DNA of 63,210 bases, filler included, from Bigelowiella natans CCMP2755 (lineage: Eukaryota; Protista; Cercozoa): the NCBI GenBank assembly GCA_000320545.1. It is 8 parts of 8 records of this genome, joined end to end, with 100 filler letters (N's around TTAATTAATTAA, not from the genome) between each part and the next. Parts side by side here need not be neighbours in the genome. Positions count along the whole stretch, not along the records: positions 1 to 14,045 come from ADNK01000243.1; 7 more parts are not named here. The stretch is one strand, 5' to 3'. Under the pieces are notes generated by a model. The model was given only the letters and a program-made list of their open reading frames with translations. It was not told where the DNA came from and ran no database searches. Below, in pieces: positions 1 to 12,512 of this stretch. How positions within the stretch are numbered: the stretch's first letter is position 1; each line of letters starts with the position of its first letter. Position numbers and translations under genes: made by a program.

Positions 1-651
1 TCGTAAAAGGTCCATGGCTTGCTTTATTATAGCTAGCCATTTGAGCTTGTCGTTTTCGGTGGGGTTAGGGGTAAAGTCGCAGAGTATACTCCTAGCGTTC
101 TTCCACCACCTCCTTGCCTCACCTCTTTTCCCGTTGTATTTCGTTATCATAACCGGTGCTGTTTTAACAGACATGAACTGGGTGTTCCGCTGTACCGGCT
201 GCTGCTGCTTGACGGTGCTCTGGGTCGTCCCCCGCGAGGCGCCCAGACCCCCGTCGTTCCTAAACAAAGCTGCCCACTCTGGAGGTAAGTCTGCTTCGTA
301 ATCCATGATGTCCTGCATGATAGCTGCCCAAACATCATGTGTCTGATACTTGTATTCTATCGATACTTTCAGTTTGGCGTAGTTGCTCGCCCTGGGTCGC
401 AAGGCTCGTAATGCCATTACGACCTTCTTGCTTTCGGCGGCCACGTCCTCGTCGTCCGCCTCGTAGAAGTTCTCCAGTGCCTCTGCTGCTGCATCTGCTT
501 TCTTAATCCCGGGTGCTGGTCCCGGCGGTGCCTGTGGAGGTGTTCCTCCTCCTTCCTTAGCGTCCGTATCGCCCTTCCTTTCCTGTTTCTGCTCGTGCCC
601 TTGCACGGCCTGCGAGCCAAAGTCCTGCTGTTCTTCTAGCTGCTGTGACAT
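1..651 (-). CDS. gag: Retrotransposon Gag-like ORF, 5' part (runs off the window edge)
   Basis: ATG at 651 opens 217 uninterrupted, intronless codons to position 1 (MSQQLEEQQDFG...). It is absent from the ORF track because there is no stop in the window. ITKYNGKRGEARRWWKNARSIL resembles the [FY]xG-x(5-6)-W capsid motif of LTR-retrotransposon Gag. Confidence 0.6.
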   Translation of the reverse strand, partial: MSQQLEEQQDFGSQAVQGHEQKQERKGDTDAKEGGGTPPQAPPGPAPGIKKADAAAEALENFYEADDEDVAAESKKVVMALRALRPRASNYAKLKVSIEYKYQTHDVWAAIMQDIMDYEADLPPEWAALFRNDGGLGASRGTTQSTVKQQQPVQRNTQFMSVKTAPVMITKYNGKRGEARRWWKNARSILCDFTPNPTENDKLKWLAIIKQAMDLLR

Positions 652-690
652 TGTTAGTCAAATCGTTTCCCGTGTGTGGAAGCCAAAGGT

Positions 691-965
691 TGTTGCGCGT
701 AAGGTGTTCACAGGCCGAGGCGCTACGTGCACAAGTAGGCAGGGGGGGGGAAAGGCACGTTTGCTTCCTTTTGAAGAGTTGTGTTTATTTTTATTAAAGA
801 TTATATTTTTATTAAATCGTGCACTGCGTAATCATTCGCGAAGCTTTCGCGAATGCCGCCGCACGTGGGGCAGCACACTTCCGGTGTGCTGCCATGAGTC
901 CCGCCGGAACCCACGTGCCTATGCTGTATTAATATCTACGTTATCTATATTCTATATCCGCGACA
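691..965 (-). mobile_element. Candidate 5' LTR (275 bp)
   Basis: On the minus strand it begins TGTCGCG and ends CGCAACA (TG...CA, 6/7 inverted match). It contains several AATAAA signals. It is followed by a TGG-initiated PBS-like tract (685-668) and then the gag ATG. The second LTR is not visible. Confidence 0.42.
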
Positions 966-1499
966 ACCCCTTTGTTGTCGCACGTGACTTGTGCCCGCGT
1001 AGTGGTACGCGCTACAACTTCGATTCCGACGATCGCTTCTTTCAGCTGCGTTCACTGTCATTGGAGTTTGCTTCGTTCGTTCACTCGTTCACACGCACGC
1101 ATCGAAAGAGTCTCCTTTTTTTGGACTCCACTGAAATTCAACTGCCGAGTTGAAAAGTGTGCACACCTCTGGACCTGGACACGCTCTGGCGCCAGCACGT
1201 GCTGTGCCCCGCGTGTTGTTCGTCAAGTCCAGAAGTGGGAACAAGAACAGAAAAGAACGACCACATTGGCTGCGTTGCGCGTGCCTGCTGCGGGCTCGCA
1301 AACTGTCCAGCTAGCCAGCTGTGCGAGCTGGCCCAGTCGTGGCAGTCTTGGTCGCGCCAGCAGACCGCTGGGCGGCGGTCCACGCCAGCACGCCCCACAC
1401 GAGTTCCAGTTGGGAATCACAGTTCAAATTGTTCAACCCACAAGCCTTTATACCTTCCATCTCAAGCCACGATGGCGGGCCAACGTGACTGCTGACGTC

Positions 1500-2330
1500 T
1501 AGACGTGTGCAGTGCAAAGGATGTCGAAGTGTGAGTCACAAGCATGCACTGCTAGACTGCTGGCGCGTGGCTGAAATGATGGTTGTCGTTGCATTGTTCG
1601 TGACATCCGATGTGTGCTGTGGCCATGGTGCATGTGCCGCACCGGTGTGCCGGCCTGCGCGTCATGCGCACGCACGAAAGCATTGCTGGGTTGTGGCAGG
1701 TGCATGCAATGGAAATTGGAACTCAAAAGAACAACAGGCATGCAATGGCAATTCACATTGCAACCGGAACGAACGCTGGAACGTACATGCACGCACTGCT
1801 AGACCATGACAAGCGCATGCTAGTGCATGCTAGCATGGCGCTGTTCTGACAACCACCGATTGATGAGCTGGGTCTGATGCGGAAGCCTGCTGCCTGCAAC
1901 TAGGCAACCCAAAGCGTGCATGCGGTCGAAAACTGCGCACAACGTCTAGACATGCCATGCAGCTAGAGCACACATTGTCACGTTGCTCTGTGGCCTGATC
2001 TAGCTAGCTAGATCGATCAATGTTGTGCACAATTTTCATCACATTACACATCCTGCACATTTGATGCAATGCACACATCACATGTGCCACAAAACACGTG
2101 CAACGTGCATGGATGCATGGATGACTGTTGGAAAAATGCAAGCTGTTTCACCATTTCATTGTACATGTGCATCCAATGTGCAGTGTTCTGTCTACAGAGT
2201 GGTCCATTTTCTCAGAGGATTAAAACGACAGTGTATATCTAGACACTACATTGCTGCTTTCGATGTGCACATCTTGACACAATCGTCCTCAAAGTGTTTG
2301 CAATCTGAAATGCTTTCATGAATTTCTGAT
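1500..2330. other. CTAG/CATG/TGCA-rich non-coding island
   Basis: Dense in gctag, catg, tgca and gtgcac. No credible ORF. Boundaries approximate. Confidence 0.6.
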
Positions 2331-3280
2331 GGAAACCTGGCACAACATTGCAATGTTCATTAGAGACTAATTAAGTAGGTTTGCAACCTCGGAATAAGAA
2401 ATAAATACTATCTTCGATAAAGTCGAGGTATTGGTGAACAACAAAAGGTAACTATGTCGAAGTTGTTGGAGGTCTTGATCAGTGGGAATCTGATTCAAGC
2501 TACTATGACACTTCATTTGTGTGTTCAATCTGGACTCTATCGAAAATGCCCTTGGCATGGAAAAACTCCACACCGTAGTTTGGCAACAAGGAAAAGCCAC
2601 GGGCATTCTCCAGAGTCAAATGTGAATAAAGTGTGTTCGTACAAACAGCTTTCATTGTTATCACTTTTTCGATGAGCACGTCAGATGTTTGGTACTTTTG
2701 GAAAATCTATAGTTTCTGGGGTCTGGGTCCAGAGAAGAAGCCCATTAAAATTTGGATTACGCTACTATCCAGCACGGACAACCAGATTACCGGGTATAGG
2801 GGTCACACCCGCCCATTCGTGGAGCTACATATGTTTGCGCTTTCGATTGACGTGATTCTCCAGAGATACTCTAAAGATAGATACTCTCTCACGAGAAACT
2901 CTCAATTCGTTCGTCGAAATTCGCATTGAGAGGGAGCCAGAGATTAAAAGCATGTAATTTTAATCCTACGACACAGAGAAATGAGCAGAATTAGCTGATG
3001 GATGAGCCGGTAAATATATTTATGGTATTGACCGATAGTTGCCGTCAGTAACAAGTTGCCTCCCCTTAAGCGTAGGGTACGGACCCGGGCACAAGAACAC
3101 CATAGTTAATCCTATTATACAATAAAATAAGGAATAATGACTTATTTATAGTGTTTTGCCATGCTTTTTACATATTCTTATAAATTAAAAGTTAGATTCA
3201 AAGTCTTAGCACGATAATCTTTCCCCACTCCCCAACCCTACTTGGTGTGGGGAATTGCAAGGTACTACGACAATCAATAA

Positions 3281-4410
3281 ATGAGCCTTTGCGCTTCGAA
3301 CCAGCTTAAGAAACCATCTGAGAAGTCTTCCATCCAATTCTCCAAGGTGATGTGATGGAGAGTTATTTTATATACTCGGAAAGAAGTGAGCCTTCGGACA
3401 GCGAGCAAACAATATGAATGCAGCACACACGTCTTGCACTAAAACCACTGTTGCGTAAACCCAAGGGATCGGTTTGAGTGGTGCCTCTTTAGCAACAGTT
3501 TCTTCTTTCATGTTGGACGCTATTTCTCTGTGCCCTCACCGGATGTCACCTATATTTTCAGCGCAATGCTGATGGCGAGCGCGATGCTGCAGGGCGGCGA
3601 AAAGGACAAAATAATAGAGACATAATTGGTATAGTATCGTCAATTGGTCTGCAGAAAGTAAATGGTGAGAGGCGCTCCCTATTAAATATCAAGAAACGGA
3701 ATAGCAACACTTCCATAAATGAGAGCAACCATCTGCTCAACGAAAGTGACTCGTCTACTTCCATTTCCAGTATGCAAAAACTCAACTCTTATCGTAGCCT
3801 GGATGTTGTGGGTAAAATACAATCATTAATCATTACAATCGTTCTTCTTTCAATTATTTTTCACTGTCCTATTTTGTGTGGTTACCTTCTTGCTGGAGTG
3901 TTTACTGGTCGAATGGTTGGGTGTGGGGGGGGGGTTCATGTATCCAATATGTGGCTTGTGGCAGATTTGTTCTAAAATCTATTGTACCTGGTGTTTGAAT
4001 TGTTCGCAGCGTCTATAACACCTGAGGAACAACCAGTGAACACGCAGCCAAAAGCAACGACTTCGCGGACCTGGCCTTCCGACGACACCAACGGCTGCCA
4101 ACCCAGTGATCTACGTCTTGCGGAAAGTCCAGACAGAAACGTGGTAAATTTAAATAGGACAATGTCTAGCTCATCATCAAGCTCTTTCCGTTTTACGGTT
4201 GTGGAACGGCAATTTGGATATCGAGAAAGGACTGCGACAGACTGCGATAAACCTCGCCTGGCGAAGGAGAAGACAATTTTATTCATGCTTAAAAACCACC
4301 AGCTTGACCCTGAGGAAGGGCAATTTATACCTCTATACCGCGACATAGATTCAAACAAGCAGGACCTGATAAATATCTTGTGTTGTTGTTGGGCATGGTC
4401 CACGGGTTAA
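3281..4410 (+). CDS. Hypothetical multi-exon, Ser-rich protein
   Basis: Open segments at about 3562-3810 (RNADGERD...SLDVV) and 4010-4410 (SITPEEQ...CCCWAWSTG*) join in phase across a GT..CAG intron. Start uncertain. No family recognised. Confidence 0.35.
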
Positions 4411-4769
4411 CACCATCGCCTATTAAATGCATCAAGCGTCTCGGGAGTGCGATATCATCTCGCCTAGAGCTGCTTTGCTGGAAGAGCTCGATATTGTAGA
4501 GTTAATAGAATACTTCTCGTTAACAATTTAGAAGTGAGTTTCCATCTCATAAATAGCAAATGAATCATTTACTGCTTCTCCGTCATTCGGTGCACCGTTT
4601 ACTACACTGTGGTATGAAGTGCAGACTTAGCCTCATCTTTAAGGTTTTAGAGTAATGAAAATTCCTTAGATTGACGTTGAACTTCTTGTTCGACTGCCCG
4701 CAATAATTTAATGTACATTTCGTATGATTTTGTCCAGTTAGAATTCGCCCACTGTAGTGAAATCAAAAT

Positions 4770-5760
4770 TACGCTGCATGCATGCTAACCAAGATGACGT
4801 AACGCAAAATAGTTCCTAATCGTGAACATTCTTGCATACAGGCACCTAGCTATCTGCGCAGATGTAGGCATGATACGATATTGCGACATAGAGCAGTCAT
4901 CATATCTAGCTAGCTAGCTAATGCGTCCATGTGAAACTTGCCCGTCCACGACACCCGCCTGCTCTAGTCTAGTAGTGCTGAGCTAGCTAGCAAGCAAACA
5001 AGTGCACATGTCTAGATGTCACTTGTAGTTGTTGCCACATGCTCTGCTAGTGCTAGCTAGCATGGCACGTGAGCATGCATGAATTTGCCGGCTAGCCGGG
5101 CATCCATATGTCAAGTACCGCGTTTGACCAGTGTGCTCATGCAACTATAGTCAACAGTGCTTGCTAGCTTGGCGTGGGCGTACGTGCTACGCTGAGCTGC
5201 ACAATGTTGCACACTTGCATGCACGCAATCATTGATGTGTTCATTCTGCGCATTCGATCATTCATTCGCAATTCGCTGGACTGAGAGTTACGTTTGTTGT
5301 GCGCTTCCAAGAAAAGTGTTTGGCGCGCAGGGTGCACTACATTCCAGCCTCGCACACAGCATGCGCATGCAGCCCGCAGCGGCGCCGTGTGACCGCGATG
5401 ACGCACGCGCGCCTGATATGAGGAAACCTCCCTGCTGCTATTGATGTCACAATGACGAGCTCTGTTGATTTTCACAGGGCTGCGCGCAGAGGGGTCATCG
5501 CAGCCCCTGCAACTTTTTAGGGGCCATTGCAACCTCTCTAGCTCTGTGCGCAGTTGAACGATGACCTCTGTTGCGCATCAACGTGGGCTAGCGGAGCGCG
5601 AACAGGGGCCCACCGTGGCATGTCCTCCGTTCACCAAGAGGTGTACTGTGTGCCATCATGCATCTTGCATCTCTGAACTCCCAGCTAGTGTAGCCGGCAG
5701 CACAATTGCACTGCTTGCTCACCATGCACAAGGTTCAGTCTGCATTTTGCGTGACTCATT
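4770..5760. other. CTAG/CATG/TGCA-rich island between convergent genes
   Basis: Contains ctagctagctag runs and gcatgc, tgca, cacgtg. Lies between a + gene end (4410) and a - gene end (5853). Confidence 0.65.
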
Positions 5761-5852
5761 TTGCTGTGTGAAATCTGGTCTCCATGCGACAACAAACCAC
5801 AATCGAATCCAACAAGCCAAAACCGCTCACATTCACAGCTCGCCCGCAAACA

Positions 5853-7764
5853 TCACTCCTGGCCCTGCTCCTTTTTTTCTTCCTCAGAAACCTTTGGCAG
5901 CGGTGACTTTTTTTGGCCTAACAATATCGAATGTGCACCCCCAGCAATGACGCGAGAAATAACGATGTCTTTCGTGCCCTCTATGAGTTTTGGAGTAGGC
6001 TGGTCCTCCAACGACCCGTGTCCCAGAGCACCCGCACCCCCCTTGCCCCAAGACCATACTCCTTCTTTGGTGACTGCAAGACCGTGATTTGAGCCGGCAG
6101 CAATGTGTGTGACCTCGCTGCCATCAAATGCATCCAGGAGAGTCGGCGTGGGTTGGTCTTTGCCATCTTCGTTGCCCAAGGCTCCGCATTCACCACTACC
6201 CCACGTGTATAGCTTGCCATCCGAAGTTAACGCTAGGGTGAAATCATCTCCGCAACTCACCGAACGAATTTTGGTCTCTGCCTCAAAGGGAACAGAGGTT
6301 GGAACGACGATCGTCTGAGGTTTCTTAGCTGGCACCCCAAGCTGTAACTTTTCTCCTTCACCCCAGGCGAAAACTTTACCTTCCGCGTCGACAGCCACAG
6401 CATGTGCCCTCCCTGACGATACGTGTACAAACTTGGACTCGGAAGGAATCAGTTTTGGAGCCTCCTGAGTCTCCGCACCCCCATCTATCTCGAAACCGAC
6501 TCCAACAGCTGCTCCCCAGCTGAAGAGATTTCCCGATTTATCGTCAAGCGAGATCACGAATCTGCTATTCCCTGTTGCTGATGTGATCGAAGATACCTAG
6601 CGATGAAGTTAATGATGTTAACGTTGGTGTGAAAAGCAAGATCTCAAAGCAAAGGAAAGGGAAGTGGAGGAAAAGTCATCTCTCGCATAGAACATTCAAA
6701 TGATTGCACGAACTGATAAATACCTTAACTGGGACCATTTCCTTTGGTTTCTCAGCACCCACCTCTTCGTCCTTTTTCTCTTCCTCCTCCTCCACTTGAT
6801 CATCACCCTCTTTTTCCTCTGGGGGCTTTTCGGTCTGGACCGAGATTCTCTTAGCCTCCTCGTATATGCCCTGATCTGACTTGCTCGCCTCCCACACACA
6901 TCCACTGTCGTCCACACCAACGATCCTGCCATTCTCCCCGACGGAGAGACATTGCAGCTCCAAGCCCCACAGCCGCTCAATGAGGTTCAGCGGGGGGAGG
7001 GGAATCTCTAGCTTTGGTTTTTCGGCCACGTTTTCTTTCCCGGGCTCTTCCTTTTGTTCTTCCTCCTTCCCTCCCTCCTTTTTCTCTTCCTCCTTGTTTC
7101 CCTCTTCTGATTGGTCATCCTGCTTGACCTCCCCTCCCCAAACATATACGCGGTCGTTATCGAGAACTGCCACGCAATGATCCCCGCCAGCAACTGCCGT
7201 AAGCACATTAGAGCTGCCTTCGAGAAGCGGTATGAAGTAGCCCTTTGAGTTCGCATCGCCTCCATTGCCGGTCCACCACATTTGGAAGAGTTTTCTCCCT
7301 GCTTTCTCCTCGGTCTGACTGAAAAGCTTCTTCTGAGCCTCGGTCTCTCCCTCGTAGTCCAACAGCCATTGCCGCGTTGCACCCGCAAGCCGGTCCTTCA
7401 CTTCCTTCGATAACTGGGTGTGGGAGACATTTCGTTTTTCATCAAGCTCGGCCTGTTTCTTCGCCTCTTCAGCCTGTCTTGCGGCCTCTTCCGCGGCTGC
7501 CTTGGCCTTTGCTGCCTTCTCTTCCTCGCTTTCCTCTTTCTTCTCCTCGTCCTTCCCACCCCCTCTCTCCCCCTTTCTCCTGTCATTGCTGCCCCTGCTG
7601 TTGTCACCGTCATTCATTTTCTTTTTCTTCTTCTCCTCTTCCTCCCCCCCCTCATCCGTTGCCGAAGAGTCAGGGATGTAGGGCGGGAGGTTGATATGAG
7701 GGTTCCGTATCTCCTCTGCCAATTCGAGAGGAACACCATTACCTAAGCTCGAGTCTCGTGCGAT
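5853..7764 (-). CDS. RCC1-repeat (beta-propeller) coding region; probably the 3' part of the MYCBPAP-like gene
   Basis: RCC1 repeats include VSSGRAHAVAVDAEGKVFAWGEG..QLG, VSCGDDFTLALTSDGKLYTWGSGECGALG and IAAGSNHGLAVT..VWSWGKG..GALGHG. A phase-0 GT-AG intron at 6723-6597 joins the two ORFs. Alternative independent start at ATG 7836. Confidence 0.9.
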
Positions 7765-8030
7765 CTGGTTGGGGACATGAGAAGGTCTCATATAAGTTTG
7801 CGGTGAATAAAGGGATGTAGGTTCATGGCTGGCCATTTCGACGAGTAGCTGCTGCTAAGTGCTGCTTAGCTTTGCTCGATTCCAACAAAAACAACACATC
7901 TTTTTAAAAAAAAATCTGATCATCATCGGACTCTCCGGGACTAGGCGTGTTGTTCTATGACACTGCCAGAGCCCTGTCGCTTGAAAAGCATGGACAACGA
8001 TTGGAATTTACTGCAAACTACGACGGCTAC

Positions 8031-8123
8031 CTTAGGAATGCCTCTCGCGAGCGGGGTGAGGAGAGACTTTACGATTCGGAAGGATATTGGGTTGGGTGGC
8101 GGCTGGACCTGAAGAGAGAGAGA

Positions 8124-8159
<36 letters not shown>

Positions 8160-8360
8160 GGGGGAGGGGCGAGAGAATACAAAATTAAGTATACCGATAG
8201 CACACAGCAACCAGCATCACTTTCCACATACGACGAGTCCCGTGAAAACGACGATAAAAGGAATGCTACAGCATCAAAGATCATGCATGAATAGTAGCTT
8301 TCACGGAGCTCTTTCTTAGCAAGAATGAAAGCGCTTGTGATTCTCGCAAATGGATGCGAA

Positions 8361-8392
<32 letters not shown>

Positions 8393-9198
8393 ATACACAT
8401 ACACACCTTTGCCCTAGCAACAAGCTTTTCAAGCCTCTTCTCGAAGCTGGGGATAAGGTCAGCCCTTCTCCGCGGAATATCTTGGATCCACCTCTTGAGC
8501 ACTGCGACGGAAAAGTCCCATACCTCGTTGTTCCTCACAACACGCTTCTGGGCGGCGAGGATCTCGGCCGCCAAGGCCTCGAATTCCTCGAGTACTTTGG
8601 GCGTGTAGTACAAGCGATGCTCCCTGTTCGCGCGGTAGTATATCCTGCGCGGATGAGGAGGAGAAGGAGGAGGAGGTGGTGTCAGAGAAAGGCTCAACAA
8701 AAAGATGGGATTCGATTCGACGGATATTGGACCAATGGATCTCTGTCCTGCTAGTTCTAGCTAGTAGTAGTAATATGAATATTTCTCTGAACACGCTACT
8801 ACTTTTTTTGCAAGAAAAGGGAGGTGGTCGGTGTGGTGAAAGAGGAGGACACACGCGCGCACACACGCACGCACGCTCGCATTCTCAACATATTCATTGA
8901 TATGTATTGTAACAGCGGGGCGATGATTTTCGTTGCAGAGCGGCCACAGTCGTGCCGGTAATACAACTCATCTGTTTCTCCCGTATATACATAATTTATA
9001 GAACGTCTTATAACACATTGATGGGCTTTGTAGAACCTCGGTCTCCTCTTCTTCTCCGGTTTCGTCGGCTTAACTTTCGTAGCGATCATGTCCCCGAGGA
9101 AGTCTTGGATCATGCTAGGAACAACGTTCTTCGTAATAGACGCCTGGGCTGCTTGCCTCGTACTACACGAATGGGGGGTGGAGGAATGTTGTGTGTGC

Positions 9199-9274
<76 letters not shown>

Positions 9275-11647
9275 ACGCGTTTGTATTTGAGCGTGTATTT
9301 GTATACCGAAGAGTGTTGTCGTCCTCAGGATATAAGCCCTTCACCGTGATCACTGGGGTTTCTTTGAGGTCCGGGATCTTCGGCTCAGTATGGAGAGCAA
9401 ACGTAGCAGCTGAAACACCTGTCTTCGCAGCTCCTGGGCTATACGAAATCATCGTTAGCAAAGCCTCCCCAGGCGACAGGCTTGCCCGAGGGTTGGAAAC
9501 TAAAAACGGCGAAGAAGTGTCGAGAGAGGAGGAGGAGGAATGCTTTTCGTCGTTGCCGTCGTCTTTCCTGGCCCATCCTACGAACAAGGCGCACGTTCCT
9601 GTGTTAACGACCTTAACTTGAACCCGGTTCTCGAGTGAGGGACTTGGCGGGTAGCGCAGCAGAAAGCTTTGGGCCTTTGTGGAGGGCAATGTTGGTAGCA
9701 GCAATGGCAAATTATTCGCAAACTAACACAGCGATGGTGGTTGTAGTAGTAATAGAAGTAGAGGTGGTAGTGGTAAAACACAAGTATAACAATAACCGGG
9801 TACATGCATGCATGCAAGTGCCTAACGGAGACTGCAGCGGTATACTATCACAACGTCTCTCCTCTCTTCATCATGAATAGAAATGGACAGGGAGATGAAG
9901 TCAGTACTACCATGCCTCCCTCCACATGAACTCTGATCCCTGAAGCCTTGTTAGATGCACCATCTGTCTCTTTCTCCTCCTGCACAATCCCCATCTCCGA
10001 ATCCTCTGCTTCTTCATCTTCCTCGGGGGGCAGGAGGTCACCGAAGAGATCCGTTCCGACGACTATCAAATCGGCCAAAGCGTCCGGATGGAATGGCCGC
10101 GCCTACGCAATAAAGCAATAGGCATGTTAGGTCGTCGTAGTGTTCTCAGAGAGATTGCCAGCGTAGCAAGGTTTGTTGTGTGAGCTACTACTAATAATGC
10201 CAGGCGTAGTATTACCTTCTTCAGACGTCTATTCAGGTACTTCTGCCGTTTCACTAGAAATTGTGAGTCTCTCCACGTTTTCTGATTCATCGTTTTGAAG
10301 AGCTTGGTGCCCTTAAGCACTGATTTGTCCTTTTGAACCTTCTCCTGATAAGATGTTGTTAACTGTGTGTTTGGGGGTTAGTAGCTTAGCATCAACAATA
10401 TGTGCTTCAATCGAGCATCTCACTGTACCTTTGTCTTTTCTAAGAGGTAAGTCGATTTTCGCACGTACTCCCGTTTTTTACTATTCAATGGCACTTCTGT
10501 TGTGAGGCCGCTGAAGTAGTCACCCACGTGGGCCACACGGGAGCTTCCCCCTCTCAAAGTCATCTCCCAAGCAGCTGCGCCGTACTTCTCGACCGGAAGC
10601 GTCACCATATCTAAATCGGACATTTCCTCGTCGCGTGCTCGTCTGAGAAAGTCGCACGTGGGTTAAAGAACCATACATATAATTGTTGGTGAAGGGGGGG
10701 AATAGAGTTCCGGCTGTGCTGGTGTGGGATGGTATTTGAGGTGCTAGGTGAAGGTTCTCACTTCTCATCCGAAAGATTCATTATCATTTGGTCGGGATCT
10801 CTTCCCAGTTTCTTCGCCATTCTTTTTAAAAATACATACGTTAGCTTCATGGCAATCTCATAGGCACGGCGTCGTCAAAATATCAGCGTCAACGTGCTCA
10901 AACAACCTGATGCGCTCTCTTTCCCATGCTTTGGTCCGCGCCTCCCACTTTTTCTGTATGCGTTCCTTCTTCGTGTATTGCTTCATGTCTGCCGGGTTCA
11001 ACTTTTTAAGCTCTTTGACACGGAGTTTTTCTTCCTGCAAGCGCGCTTGTTCGAGTTCCTTCCTCATCCGATCCACCATTCCGCGTCGACTTATCGAGGT
11101 TTCAACTTTCTCCTCGATCTAAGAGCAAGTTGTGAGGAATGCAGTATCATTAGCAACGTACAATGCTATGTGGAATGTATAGAAAACAAAAAACCTTTTC
11201 TTCGCTGTGGCCTTTGATCATCCTCTCCTCCTCTCGGAAGTCTTCCGCAGATCCTAGTAGCGTATGCTCTAAAATCTTCCCAGCGTCGTCCTGCTGGGGA
11301 CCATAGGCGATTTGGCCGTGCATCAGAGTATTCGGAAGTGTCCTAACTTGACCCTTCCGAATCGGAGAGCTCTTGTTGGATCGAGTATCTAGGGACGAAG
11401 GCATGCGAACAGCATGGGCAGCATCGTTGAGGCGGATGGTTTGGCCAGGCTTGATGGTCCTTGCAACGATTACCTTCTTGGCAACTTCATTGTTGCTTTC
11501 AGGGTTTCTGCGACGCACCACGACAACTTTCCTTTTTCGCTTAGGCTTACTTGCTGCAGCCTGTCTGCTGGAATCAGGCAGAGCGGGATTAGATGTTTGT
11601 TGATGTGGATTGGATCCTCCACGTTGGGATGACTGCGGCTTGTCCAT
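8031..11647 (-). CDS. MYCBPAP: MYCBP-associated protein (FAP147-like axonemal protein), multi-exon
   Basis: Motifs in the order expected for the family: ILEHTLLGSAEDF; WEARTKAWERER; WEMTLR..VGDYFSGL; DLIVVG; Ig-like VVNTGTCALFVGW...LSPGE...FALHTEP; NREHRLYYTP...WDFSVAVLKRWI. Exons are bounded by GT/AG. Confidence 0.72.
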
Positions 11648-12512
11648 TTAGCTTCGCAGCCTCCTCTGAGAGGATTATCAAAGTTTCGCTGTTGGAGGTA
11701 CGTAGGTTTGAAGGCAAACTTTCTGTAATCACTTCTGATAGAAATGATGGGTGTGCCCTATCCTCTATTGCCCCCCCCGACGGATTCGTAGGGCTGTTTC
11801 CAAACCAGACCAATGTAGGTGGCAATTTGTCTGTATTCTTGGATAGCGACAACCAAAATGGAGCCTTTTTTTGGAGAAAAATCAAACGTTATAAAGCACA
11901 AAACAGCCAAGCTCTATCCTCGTATTGATAGCTTACGACGAGGGAAATATGGAGAGAAGTCCTGTCGTAAATCAAAACTCTCGAATATCAAAATAATTAA
12001 GCCATACGTCATTCTATTCGATCATGCGACAATGTTAGCATTAGGTCGTTTGTACTAAATACAATCGCGAAGGGCTTTTTTATATGGTTGAGATTGGTAA
12101 ATGTTGTCGCAAGAAGCGCATGCTCTGTATCCTTCTGGTCGCCGAAAAGATAATTTCTCACCTCTCGGAATCGTATCCCACTCGTTCTCGCCTCCCCCCT
12201 GTGAAAAGAAGTGATCCCAGTATCACCTCAGGCTGGTAAGCCGGTTCGAAGAATACTTTATGTGAAAAATATTTCCATCTCGAAATTGTAGAGTTCGACG
12301 ATGACGAAGTTGAATAGAGGAGAGATTCAGGACAGCATTCTCGACAAAGCTCGCCGCACGAGCTTCATCAAATTAATGATGACGGGATTGTAAAATCCGT
12401 CTTTTGTGCCCATTCTCCTGGCACATTATATTCGCTTCATTTATTTACATCTAATAGTAAAAAATACTTTTATTTGACATCTATTTCCCCTTGGTCCATA
12501 AAAAACAGCGAG

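Noticed and set aside
2193-2206. TACAGAGTGGTCCA resembling a Tc1/mariner TIR
   Set aside because: I found no inverted partner nearby.
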